Below, one piece after another: positions 1 to 11,771 of a DNA stretch of 64,000 nt; the first letter of the stretch is position 1; each line of letters begins with the position of its first letter. Where the stretch lies: NCBI GenBank assembly GCA_050613775.1, contig JBODTK010000134.1, positions 186,001 to 250,000 on the forward strand, written 5' to 3'. This DNA is from Neocallimastix sp. 'constans' (lineage: Eukaryota). The notes beneath the pieces are model-generated. The model did no database searches. It saw only the letters and a list, made by a program, of their open reading frames with translations, and was not told the origin of the DNA. Both the position numbers and the translations under genes were made by a program.

Positions 1-81
1 TAAAAACAAAAAAAACAAAAAAACAAAAAAAATTATCGATTATAAATAAATATTTTTATTTTTATTTATTTCATAAGTATA

Positions 82-157
<76 letters not shown>

Positions 158-1721
158 TTAATTTTTTATTTTTATTTTATTTTATTTTTTTTTTTTTTTT
201 TTTACTTTTATTTTATGACATATATATATTTTATTTTATTTATATCATTTCAATCAAATTGGGATTGATCCTATGAAAATTGAAATATTTAAATTTTTTT
301 TTATATTAAAAATGCATTAAATTAATTTATATATTTTTAACAGTTCAAATATCAAAAGTTAATTAAGACTTTTTTTGTATGATATATGAACATTTTATAA
401 AAATGAGAAGTTAAATAATTTGTAAATTTTTTTTTTTTTTTTTTTTTTTATACTTTTACACATTAAAATTAAAGAGAAAAAATCATCTAAAAAATTTAAA
501 ATTATGTTAATATAAATTCTTTATACATATATAAAAATTAGGAAAGTACTTCATAATATCAAAAATTAATATTATTAAAAAATTATATTTGATAAATTGA
601 CTTTGTATAAAAAAAAAATCAAAAATAACAATTTTAAGGAAGAGAAATTTCTTTTTTATTTATAATAAGTAATATTTATTTATATTTATATTAAAGATAA
701 TTAAAGGTAGTCAATAATTTAAAATGTTATTTTAAATAATAAGAAATAATATAATAATACTTTTAAAAATTTAGTCATGAAAATGTTATGCTTTAGGAGA
801 TATTTAAATGGTTACAAACCATTATTAAAAAATTAAATAAAGTGATATGAATGAGGAAAAATTTCATTATAAAATACCAAAAACCAAAAACCAAAAGCCA
901 AAAAAAAAAAAAAAAAAAAAAATATTGAAGGTGTTTTACTTTATAATATTAATGTGCTATATTATTATCTTATTCAAATCATTTGCTTCTTAATATAAAA
1001 ATATAATATAAAAAAGACGAAATTGTTTATATTTTTAATTATTGGAAGAGAATTTATACGAAGATGAAATAAATAATAATATATGAATAATATAATAATA
1101 TAATAAAGTCAAAGTTATTTTTATTTTAAAAAAATAAAATAAAATAAAAATAAGTTGAATGTTTAAAAAATTGCTATTAAAATTCTTTAAATTAAAAAAA
1201 AAAAAAAGGAATATTTCTTAGAAAAAAAAATATAAAATCGTTATTAAAATTCTTTAAATTGAAAAAAAAAAAAGGAATATTTCTTAAAAAAAAAAAAAAT
1301 ATAAAATCGTTATTAAAATTCTTAAAATAAAAAGAGAATAGATCTAAGAAAAAAAAAAAAATAATTAAAAATAAAAAAAATACTAATTTTATTTTATTAA
1401 TTTAAACAATCATTTATATTTATAGATTATGAATTTTCTATTTCATTATATTTTATTAAAAATTAATATATTCTATTTAATGTCATTTATCTTTATATTT
1501 AAATTTTATATTTTTTATATTTTTTTATATTTTTTTATCTATTAATACTATGAAACATTTCTGGAATTGTTAATAATTTAATTATGACCTAAATCATATA
1601 ATATAAAAAAATAATAAAAAAAAAACAAAAAAAAAAAACAAAAAAAAAAAAAAAAAGAATATACTAAAAAAAATCATAATAATAATATTATAAAAAAAAA
1701 AAAATTTTTTTGTGTAATTTA

Positions 1722-1767
<46 letters not shown>

Positions 1768-2071
1768 TTAATATAAGGATGTAAGCCTATTAAAAAAAAA
1801 AAAATTATATTTTTAACATAAATTTTTTACCAATAATTATTAATTTAAAAGATTAACGTCCTTCAAAGAATTAATATATATTAATATTTATAGCTTTTAC
1901 TATAATTAGTTTTTTTTTAATTAAATTATTAATATTTGTAACTTTTACTATAAATAATTTTTTAATTAATACCAAAATAAGTTTACTTAATATATATTTA
2001 GGAGTAAATAGATATAATAATTTTTTTATTTAAATATTAAATATATATATATATATTTAATAAAATAAAAT

Positions 2072-2158
2072 ATTGGTTAAATATGTTTATATATAATGAA
2101 AAAAAAAAAAAAAAAAAAAAAAAATTACATTCAATATATATAAACATATTTATCCAAT
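2072..2158. repeat. Inverted repeat (~29-bp arms) around a poly(A) spacer
   Basis: attggttaaatatgtttatatata(atgaa) versus (ttcaa)tatatataaacatatttatccaat; 2 mismatches. Confidence 0.8.
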
Positions 2159-2320
2159 TTTTATTATTTTTAAATTATATTATTTTTTAATAAGAATTTT
2201 ATTATATATATTATATTATATATTTTTGTATTTGTATATAAAAGGTCATTTTTTTTCTGAATTTAAAAAAAAAAAGTTTTTTTTTCTTTTTTCTTTTTTT
2301 TTTTATTTTATTATATAATC

Positions 2321-4027
2321 ATGGATTCCGAATTCCAAAAGTACGTTGAAAATATGGAAGCTACTCATAATAAGGGCATAGTTAATGGAATATGTAACGT
2401 TATTGATCAAGCTGAACATAATTGTGCTATAGTTTTTCAAAAATATAAAGTTATACCAGAGGTTGAAAAATCCATTGAAAATGCTGTGAAACGAGGAGTA
2501 GAATTTAGGGTAATTGGACAAGAATCGGAAGAAGAAAGTTTTTCTTCTCTTAAAAAATTTTTTTCAAATATTAAATTTGAATTTAGACATCGTCAAATTC
2601 TTAGATTTGTATTAAATGAAAAAGGTATGTTTCAAGTTTCTAAGATGGAATTATCAAAAGATAAAATTATTGACTATGGCTGTTATTATACTGATAAGAA
2701 ATATATAGAGACTATGTCAACAAGAGTCCTAAGTACAAGACCTCCTCCAGAAACAATACCTTTGATTAGTACTTTTTCAATACTGGAACATTATTGTAAA
2801 ATCATTGATGAGGCAAAAAAAAAATGTACCATTGTAACTCCGTATTATAAAAGTATTCCAGAAATAGAATATTCTATTGAGAAAGCAGTAAAACGAGGAG
2901 TCGTGTTTGATGTTATAGGAAGAGAAGATGAAGAAGAGGAATTTGAACCTCTAAGAAGATTTCCTAATATGACAATAAAATTTTATGAGAGATTACATGC
3001 AAAATTAATATATAATGAAGAAGGATTAGTGATGTCTTCAATGAATTTTACTGAATCATCCGTTAATTTTAATCAAGAAATAGGTGTATATATACTTGAT
3101 AAATTCATTATTAATAAAATTAGGAAGAAGTTTATTGGAGAAGATGACATAGATGGTTATATTTCTGATCCAGAAGACTATAACAGTGTACAGTTACATT
3201 GTTCATGTGGACGCGTAATTAAAAATAATAATGAAGAATGTCCTAGATGTAAACGATGGGATGAAAAAATATTTGGAAAAAAAAGTGAAAGTACTTTTCA
3301 ATTTTGCAAAAAATGTGGTCGGCCAATTAAATATGATCCAGAAAAACCTCTTTGTTATGGCTGTTTCTTAGAAGAGGAGGAAGAAGATCAGAGATATGAT
3401 GATATTTTTGATAATGAGATGGCCATTGATGATTATATACAACATTGCAGAAGATGCAAAACTCCAATTCCTGCTGACCCAGATAAACCATATTGTTATT
3501 CTTGCTTTTTAAAAGTTAAAGATGAAGATCAACATTGCGATTTATGTGGAAGGCCAATATCTCCAGATCCTGATAAACCACTATGCTATGATTGTTATAA
3601 AAGAGAAATGAATAATGAACAACATTGCGATTTATGTGGAAGGCCAATATCTCCAGATCCTGATAAACCACTATGCTATGATTGTTATAAAAGAGAAATG
3701 AATAATGAACAACACTGTGGTTTATGTGGAAGGCCAATATCCCCAGATCCTGATAAACCTCTTTGTTATAATTGCTATACCAAAGATCGCGATGGAAATA
3801 TCAATCATAATAGACAATTTTGTTGTATATGTGGATGTCGAATTCCTCCTGATCCTAATAAGCCTCTTTGTATGACATGCTTTTTAAATGAACGTAAAAG
3901 AGAAGAAAATGAATCAAGAAGTTATAATAGAGGTGGTTACGGTAGGAGAGGTAATAGTAATTATGGCTATGACAAATATAGGAATAATAAATATAATGAT
4001 GGATATAACAGATATAATCGTTTCTGA
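2321..4027 (+). CDS. Intronless 568-aa protein: two PLD-superfamily (Nuc-like) domains, tandem CxxC-x12-CxxC zinc ribbons and an RGG/Tyr-rich tail
   Basis: Single long ORF. Second domain has IIDEAKKKCTIVTPY...RLHAKLIYNEEGLVMSSMNFTESS...NQEIG (HxK, SxN and E-x-G PLD motifs). First domain is a recognisable copy lacking HxK. Six CxxCG/KxxIxxDPxKPxCxxC modules plus one variant. Confidence 0.9.
   Translation: MDSEFQKYVENMEATHNKGIVNGICNVIDQAEHNCAIVFQKYKVIPEVEKSIENAVKRGVEFRVIGQESEEESFSSLKKFFSNIKFEFRHRQILRFVLNEKGMFQVSKMELSKDKIIDYGCYYTDKKYIETMSTRVLSTRPPPETIPLISTFSILEHYCKIIDEAKKKCTIVTPYYKSIPEIEYSIEKAVKRGVVFDVIGREDEEEEFEPLRRFPNMTIKFYERLHAKLIYNEEGLVMSSMNFTESSVNFNQEIGVYILDKFIINKIRKKFIGEDDIDGYISDPEDYNSVQLHCSCGRVIKNNNEECPRCKRWDEKIFGKKSESTFQFCKKCGRPIKYDPEKPLCYGCFLEEEEEDQRYDDIFDNEMAIDDYIQHCRRCKTPIPADPDKPYCYSCFLKVKDEDQHCDLCGRPISPDPDKPLCYDCYKREMNNEQHCDLCGRPISPDPDKPLCYDCYKREMNNEQHCGLCGRPISPDPDKPLCYNCYTKDRDGNINHNRQFCCICGCRIPPDPNKPLCMTCFLNERKREENESRSYNRGGYGRRGNSNYGYDKYRNNKYNDGYNRYNRF
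3531..3790 (+). repeat. 90-bp coding tandem repeat (zinc-ribbon units)
   Basis: 3531-3620 and 3621-3710 are identical; a third, diverged copy starts at 3711. Confidence 0.95.
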
Positions 4028-4070
4028 ACTTTAGCTCTATCTACCAAAGAAATAATACTTTTTAATTAAT

Positions 4071-4700
4071 CATATACCAAAGTAATAATATTTATACTTT
4101 TAAATTTTTAATAATAACTTTTGAAAAAAAAAAAAAAAAAAGAAAAATATTTGATAATATATATATATATTTTTTATATAATTATATATACCATATACCA
4201 AAGTAATAATATTTGTACTTTTAAACTTTTAATAATAACTTTTGAAAAAATAAAAGAAAATATTTGATAATATATATATATGTATTTTATATAATTATAT
4301 ATACCATATACCAAAGTAATAATATTTGCACTTTTCCCAAATAATATTATTATATTGTAATAGTTTTTAAACTAATTACTGAAAGTTTAATAAAAATAAC
4401 AAAAAAATAACAAAAAAATTTTTTAATATTAACAGTTCAACAAAAATATATTTATCTAAAAAAAAAAAAAATATTTATCATAAACAGTTCAACAAAAATA
4501 TATTTATAACATTTTTTTTTTTTATTATTATAAATAAAAGTAAATCCTAAATATATCCAATAATAATATTTATCTAAAAAAAAAAAAATATTTATCATAA
4601 ACAGTTCAACAAAAATATATTTATAACATTTTTTTTTTTATTATTATAAATAAAAGTAAATCCTAAATATATCCAATAATAAAATTTATAATAAAAACAT
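4071..4700. repeat. Two sets of local ~115-120-bp tandem duplications
   Basis: catataccaaagtaataatattt occurs 3 times in 4071-4330; aacagttcaacaaaaatatattt occurs 3 times in 4431-4625 with duplicated flanks. Confidence 0.85.
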
Positions 4701-5355
4701 ATCATTCCTTTTTTTATTATTATAAATAAAAAATAATTTTTAAATATATTTAATAATAAAAATTCTAATAAACATATATTATTTTCTTTTTTATAATTAT
4801 AAATATATTAAATAATAAAAATTTTTTTATAAATTCCTTTTTTTTTTTTTTTTTTGAAAATTTTTATTCAAAAAAAAAAAAAAAAAAAAAAAAAAATTGG
4901 AATTTATAATTAATTTCAAAGTGATAATTAATAATATTAAAATCTTGAAAAAAAAAAAAAATATATATACACACACATAATTTAATTATATCACAATTTA
5001 ACCTGAATAAATTGAAGAAAAATTAAATAGTGAGCAAAAATTTACTGAAAATATTATTTAAAATATTTTAATAAATAGATTTGTTTATTATATTTATTAT
5101 TGTCAAAAAAAAAAAAAAAAAAAAAATTTAAAAATGTAATTGATAATTATAATATTAATATGATTGGTCAATATATTTAAATTTTATTTTAATATTTTAA
5201 TATGAATGATTGGAAAAAACTTTAATTATAATAAAAAATTATAATATTATTTTGAATTTTTTTTAAGAAAAAAAAAAAAAAAATTTAATATATAATTAAT
5301 TAATAATACTTTATAATTTTTAGTTTAACACATAATTGAAACATAATAAATAAAA

Positions 5356-5826
5356 ATGGGTAAAGGTCAAAATGCAAGATTAAAGAAAGATAATTTCAAT
5401 AAAAGAAAGAATAATGTTATGAAAAAAGGTTCAACTTCTTCTTATACTTCATTAACATTATCTAAAATTTTATCTCCACTGACTACTTCTAAAAAGGGTA
5501 CTAATGGTAATGTGGAAACTTCAGTCTTAGATCCATTTAATAAGAGTAATCATGTTAAAACAAAAAAGCTTCCAATATTAACAATGAAATCTGAAATTTC
5601 AAAAAATAAAATTAAACAAAGTACTAGAAGACTTAGAGATGAATTAGATAATACCAATCTGGAAGAAATTGCAATGCTTGTTCAGCCAAAGGTTAATAAA
5701 AAGAATGCAGCTGAAGAATTAAGGAAACTTGAAGAACAAAAAAGAGTTCAACAAGAAAGAGCATTACAAAAAGAACAATTAGATAATGATTTTGAATTTG
5801 CCCTTGAAAAATTAGGAAAAATTTAA
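5356..5826 (+). CDS. Small basic, Lys-rich protein with C-terminal coiled coil; function unknown
   Basis: 156-aa ORF with coding-like GC, A-rich start context (taaaaATGG) and ATTGG motifs upstream. Confidence 0.7.
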   Translation: MGKGQNARLKKDNFNKRKNNVMKKGSTSSYTSLTLSKILSPLTTSKKGTNGNVETSVLDPFNKSNHVKTKKLPILTMKSEISKNKIKQSTRRLRDELDNTNLEEIAMLVQPKVNKKNAAEELRKLEEQKRVQQERALQKEQLDNDFEFALEKLGKI

Positions 5827-6755
5827 AATAAATTACTATCAATATCATATCTATAGAAACAAATAAGTTAATCAATTCAATCATTATATTAGAATTTATT
5901 TAATTTTTATTTTATTATTTATTATTAATTTATATATATATAACTGTCTTTTTTTATTAAACTTAATTGTAAATATAAAAATAAGTCTTTTTTTTTTATT
6001 TTAAAAAAATTGAATGGGGAAATAATAAATTTATAAAGAATAATAAAATTTATTAAAATTAGATATTTAATAATAAAACATTTCAAAATAGAAAATTTTA
6101 AATTATTTTTAAATTATTTTTATTTATAAAGAACAAAACTATAAATCTATAATAAAAAAAATTGAGTATTAAAATTTAATAATTTATCATATTTCTAAAA
6201 AAAAAAAAATATTTCATATTATAGTGTTTTAAAATTAAAAAACGTCATAATATATTCATAATAAAATACTTCATTTTAATTTTAGATAAAATATTTTTAT
6301 TTTTATTTACGTATTTCTTAATAATATATTTCATTTAATAATCTTTTTATGTAGAATTCTTTAAAGAATTAATAATTAATAATTTAATAATAAAATTCTT
6401 GAATATATATATATATATATATATTTTTTTTTTAAATACTAGTAGTTTACCTTTATTTTTTTTTTAGAAAAAAAAAAAGTAAAGAAAAATAAAAAAGAAA
6501 TTAATATTTATGGTTAATATTTATTCTTGACTTTACATAAAAATAAAAAAATTAAAAAATAAAGAATAAAGAATAAAAAATGAAATAGGAATAAAAAATT
6601 TTAATAGTCAAGTTTAATGTTTAATATTTTATATTCATATTTTTTTTGAAAATTTTTTAATTCAATTATTTGTAATATATATTTTTAATTAATATTTATG
6701 TTATTAAAATTAATAAATTAAATAAAAGTTTTTTTTTATGGGTATAATTTCTCCT

Positions 6756-7347
6756 CTAGTTTTTACTAATTCTTTCAATGGTGGCTTGTACTTCTTTTAC
6801 CCAATCTATACGGTAAATAGTAATAAATTCTAAACTCATTACAGAGAATAAAGCAATAGCCATACCTATCCATATACCTAAAATTTATTGGTATATTTAT
6901 TGATTTAAATTTTTTTTTTTTTTAGTAACAAATATTATTATTATTTAAAAAGTATTTGAATTTAAATATTTAAATATCAAAGATTACCATTTAAGTCTAA
7001 GTGAAATACAAAACCTAATAGAATACCAAGTGGTAAACCAATAATCCAATAGGCAACAAAGTTGATTAAAGCACCATTCTTTTGATGACCTGAACCTTTC
7101 AAAATACCACAACCGATGGTAGCCAAGCCATCACTTAATTGATAAAAGGCACCAATAATTAATATTTTTGAACATCCTTCGATAACTTCTTCACTATTTG
7201 TAAATAATTTAGGTAACTGATATCTGAAAATTAACAGAACAAATGAATTTAATATACCAAAGCATGATGCCATAAATATTGAAACTCTTGTTGTTGCACT
7301 GGCTTTTGAACTACTTTTTTCTCCAAGGCTTTTTTTTTTTTTTATAT

Positions 7348-7385
<38 letters not shown>

Positions 7386-7759
7386 TTTTATTTATTATTA
7401 TTATTATATTATTTTGATGTCGTAATTTTATTATTATATATATATTATGTTAGATAACAACAACCATGATAATGAAAAAAAAAAAGTTGATTTATATTTT
7501 ATTATTGCAAAATTATATATATATATATATTTCAATATTTAATATAAATATATATATACATATTTATATATTTACTTATAACCAAGTCTTAAAGTTTCGG
7601 CCATAGATAAACCCATTGGTATATTATAGGAGTAATCTGTTATAGTTGAAAATATAGATTGTACAGCTAGTTGTGTTTCACCAAGAATACCTGCCAATAA
7701 AGAACAAACCTCATAAGCCCACCATTCGTTACAAACCATTATAGCACCTGGAAGGCCTA

Positions 7760-7802
<43 letters not shown>

Positions 7803-8288
7803 ATTATTAATATTAATATTGTAATTATTAATATTATTTATTTATTTAATTATTTATATACTTTTTTTTATTTATTTAAAATTTTATAAAGTATGATTAA
7901 TTTTAATGAGCATTAAAATATTTTTTAATTAGAACATAATATATTAAGTATTTTAACAAAAATACTGATAGATACGGCTTACCTAGATTCAAAAATTCAA
8001 TCCATTTTTTGAAATCAAATATACATCTGAAATCTACTCCTCCCCAACATTCTTTACCTCTAACATATTTAATGTAAAGAAATCCTACGATACTCATATA
8101 TAAAAAAGTAATAGCTATTGAAAATGCTGAACCAATGTATGCAATTTCATTTGGAAGTGGACTCCATTTTGAGAAAATAAAAAAATAATGAAGTATTGCA
8201 TTAATTGGAACAGCACTTCCAATAATAAATGTAGGCACATACATAATCCCTTATTTAATATAACATATTAATATACAATTGATTATAT

Positions 8289-8326
<38 letters not shown>

Positions 8327-9059
8327 TAATATATTAATTTTACCTTGAACTTGAAGTAACTTTTTTTCACATTCAAAAATAACATATGGAATTACTAATT
8401 ATATAAAAGTAAATAGGAATATTTTATAAGAATTTTTTAATTTAATAATAATATTTATATTTAATATCAAAATAGTCTATTATAGTAATTAGGATACATA
8501 CAACCTAAACATGAATATCTAGAAAATATACCAGCTACTTTGGAAATATTAGGATCCTGATGACATAATAATAAGATTGGTTCAGTAAATTGCCTTTATT
8601 TTATTTTTTTTTTAAAATTATATTGTTATTTTAATGATATAAGTAATAATTAAATTAGTGAAGAAAATAAAAATAATTATTTCTTAAAATTATATTTTTT
8701 AATTACATAAAATTCTAATTCATAGCATAATAAAAAAAAAATAAAGTAAAAGATAAATATTTCATAAAATTATATTTTTTTATTATATGAAATTATAATT
8801 TATAGTATAATGAAAAAAGAAAAGCAAAAAAAATTAATATATATACCAAAGACCAAAGATAAAAATACAGATTGTTACTAAAATGACAAAGCCTCTCTGT
8901 AAAATTTTTCCAACAATTTTTTTTTCTTTAATTGTCGTAGCCGCAGCGTAAGCTTGTGAACATAATGTATCTAATGCTGAATCCATACCAATTAATAAAC
9001 ACCATCCAGTAACATTACAATAGGAACTAGCTAATATTAAAATGTTATAAATTAATAAT

Positions 9060-9115
<56 letters not shown>

Positions 9116-9525
9116 TTCTTTTTTTTTAATATTTATAATAATTATTATAATTTACTATATTATGTTTTTGATTTTTAATTTTCAGGTTTACCTAAAGTAA
9201 TAGCTGCAAGTTCAAATGTTGTTCTATGACCAATAAATAACACAGAGGTCATTAATAATGTGTTTCTTAATATTTCAGAAAAAATAATAGGAATTGAATA
9301 TTCAGATAAAATTTTAAATTCAGATTTGTATATTTTGCCTTTATCAATTTCGAGATCATTCTTCTTTTCATCAACTTCCTCCTCTTGTATTAGAATTTTC
9401 AATTCGTTTTCGTGAAGAATAAGAGGTTCATTTAGTTCATCTTCATTATTTTCTTCAAATGAAGTGTAGCAACTATTCTTAATTGTTACTGTTTTTTTAA
9501 TTCTTGCAGGGTACACTCTTGGCAT
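6756..9525 (-). CDS. MATE-family efflux transporter, multi-exon
   Basis: Spliced GT-AG exons give ELAAITL, GMDSALDTLCSQAYA, GLPGAIMVCNEWWAYEV, GILKGSGHQKNGALINFVAYWIIGLPLG, GIWIGM...IDWVKEV; stop TAG at 6756-6758. Start codon less certain. Confidence 0.9.
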
Positions 9526-11771
9526 TTGGTTATAATTAAGTTATTGTTGTAACGAATTCCTTTAAACGTAGAATGATGTGATATTCTTTTATAAAGTCGA
9601 TTTTATGAATATTATTTCTCTGACTATTTGTTGATGAAGTACCATAATTAGTGATGGTATAAAAATCACCTTTAACTTTAAACAGCTTTATTGTTATTTG
9701 GTTTTAATGTTTAATAGTTTAACTATAATTATTATTTATTTAAATTCGGATGTTGATTCAGTATTTAAACTATGTTTTTTTTTTTTTATTTATTTAAAAA
9801 TGAAATGTGGTAATTATTTAAAATTTGAAGGTTCTTTACTATCAGAACTTTCGTTTATATATTCTTTTAATTTAAATTATTCTGAAATGCTAAGTCACTT
9901 ATTTTGAATATGATTTATTCTTTTATTAATTAATTTAAATTAAAAATATTATTAAAAATTTTATATTGTAATTGTGTTATTATTTATGGTTGTTACTTAT
10001 TACTATTATCATAATTATTATTTGTAATAATTGTATAATTTTATAATTACAAGTTATGATTAATACTTATACAAAGTGTATTGTGGAAATAAATTATATA
10101 AATATATACAGTATATACTTATATATATATTAATTTTTCAATAATATAATTTAATAATATGTATTTATTGTATATACACTATGTTATATATATATTTCTA
10201 TATTCCTATAAAAGTCCATAAAATTTAACATATTTGTCAATTTTTATTTTACTTTTATTTTTATTTTTATTTTTTATTATATTTTATTATTATTATTTTT
10301 TTTTTTTGAAAAAAAATAATTACTGCGAAGAATATTTTTTTATTTTTTTAAGAAAAAAATATTACAGAAATCTTTTTATTTCTTTCTTTTTATAATTTAA
10401 TATTAAATTGTCTATATTTAATAATATTAGAATTTAAATCTTTTTATATACATTATATTTTTATTTTTATTTATATTATTAAATTATTATTTTAATGAAA
10501 TGAATTAAAGTTTGTTAAAAGATAAATATTAATAATGAATAATTTAAATTTTATGAAATTTGTTTGGATTAAAAACGATCAATAATGTTAATAGAATAAT
10601 TTAGTTAAAATTTTAAATAATTTTAAATTCTATTGGTTAAAAAATTTATAAAATTATTAGTTTTTTGCTTTATTAAACTTTTTTTTTTTTTTTTATTTTT
10701 TTTATTTTTTTTATTCAAAATTGGTGAAATGAAAGGTTTTAAATAAAAAAAAAACATATTGCTTTATATTATTTATATTATATAATTAATAAAATTTAAT
10801 TAAATTAATTATAAAAATTAATCTATTGTTATATATAAATCGTAAATCATGTAAAAGGCAAATAAAATTAAAAGTTTAATATTTTTATTAAAACTCTTTA
10901 ATTACAAAGTGTTTGGTTATAGATTCATTTTTATTATTAACGATTAATATTAGAATTTAGTATTTTTTATAATCTTTTTTTGAATTTACAATTTTAATTA
11001 AAAAATCATAAAATTTATGTCATTATAATAAATAAAAATGTTAGTTATGTTATTATATATATATATATATATAACAATAATGTTCAAAAAAGTATAAGAA
11101 CATAATAAAACAAAAACAAAAACAAAATTTTATTATTATTATAGTTTTATAAAAATAAATAAATAAATAAGTAAAAGTAATAATAACATAATTAAAATTT
11201 AACCTTCAAATTATACCAATATATTTACTGTTTGTTTAAATGTATGATTCATTATGAATAAAAAAAATTATCATTTTCTTTATTATTTTATAGATTTTTT
11301 TTTATAGGTGTTAAAATAAATATGTAGTAAAAAATTCATTAACTTCATAATCAAATTAATTATAGTAAATCAATAAAAAAATGTTTAATGGTTTTTTTAT
11401 AATTGATTTATGAAAATGGGTTACACAATTTTTTTAATTAATTTCGTAATTTTTTTTTTATTTTTTTTTTTTTAATATTTTAATATCTATAAAAAGTTAT
11501 TTCAAAAAAGTAATATATAACCAATTTTTCTTTGTTATTAAATATATTAATAATTATTAATATATAATATATTGTTTTATAAAAAATCTCATTCTCTTTT
11601 ACATTTTTTATTTTTTTTAATTTTATTTTATTTTATTTATTTTTTTTTTTTTTTAAAAAAATATATAATAATAGTATAAATTTAAATAAATATTAGTTAA
11701 TTAGTATTATAACAGTATTATTAAAAATTATATAAACCATATAATTTTCATTTTATATATATTTATTAATA

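Noticed and set aside
3531..3790. Possible CRISPR-like array
   Set aside because: Contiguous in-frame coding repeats with no unique spacers.
8488..8501. GTATCCT (U12-like donor) in a MATE intron
   Set aside because: The reading frame requires the GTATGT donor 4 nt earlier, a normal U2 site.
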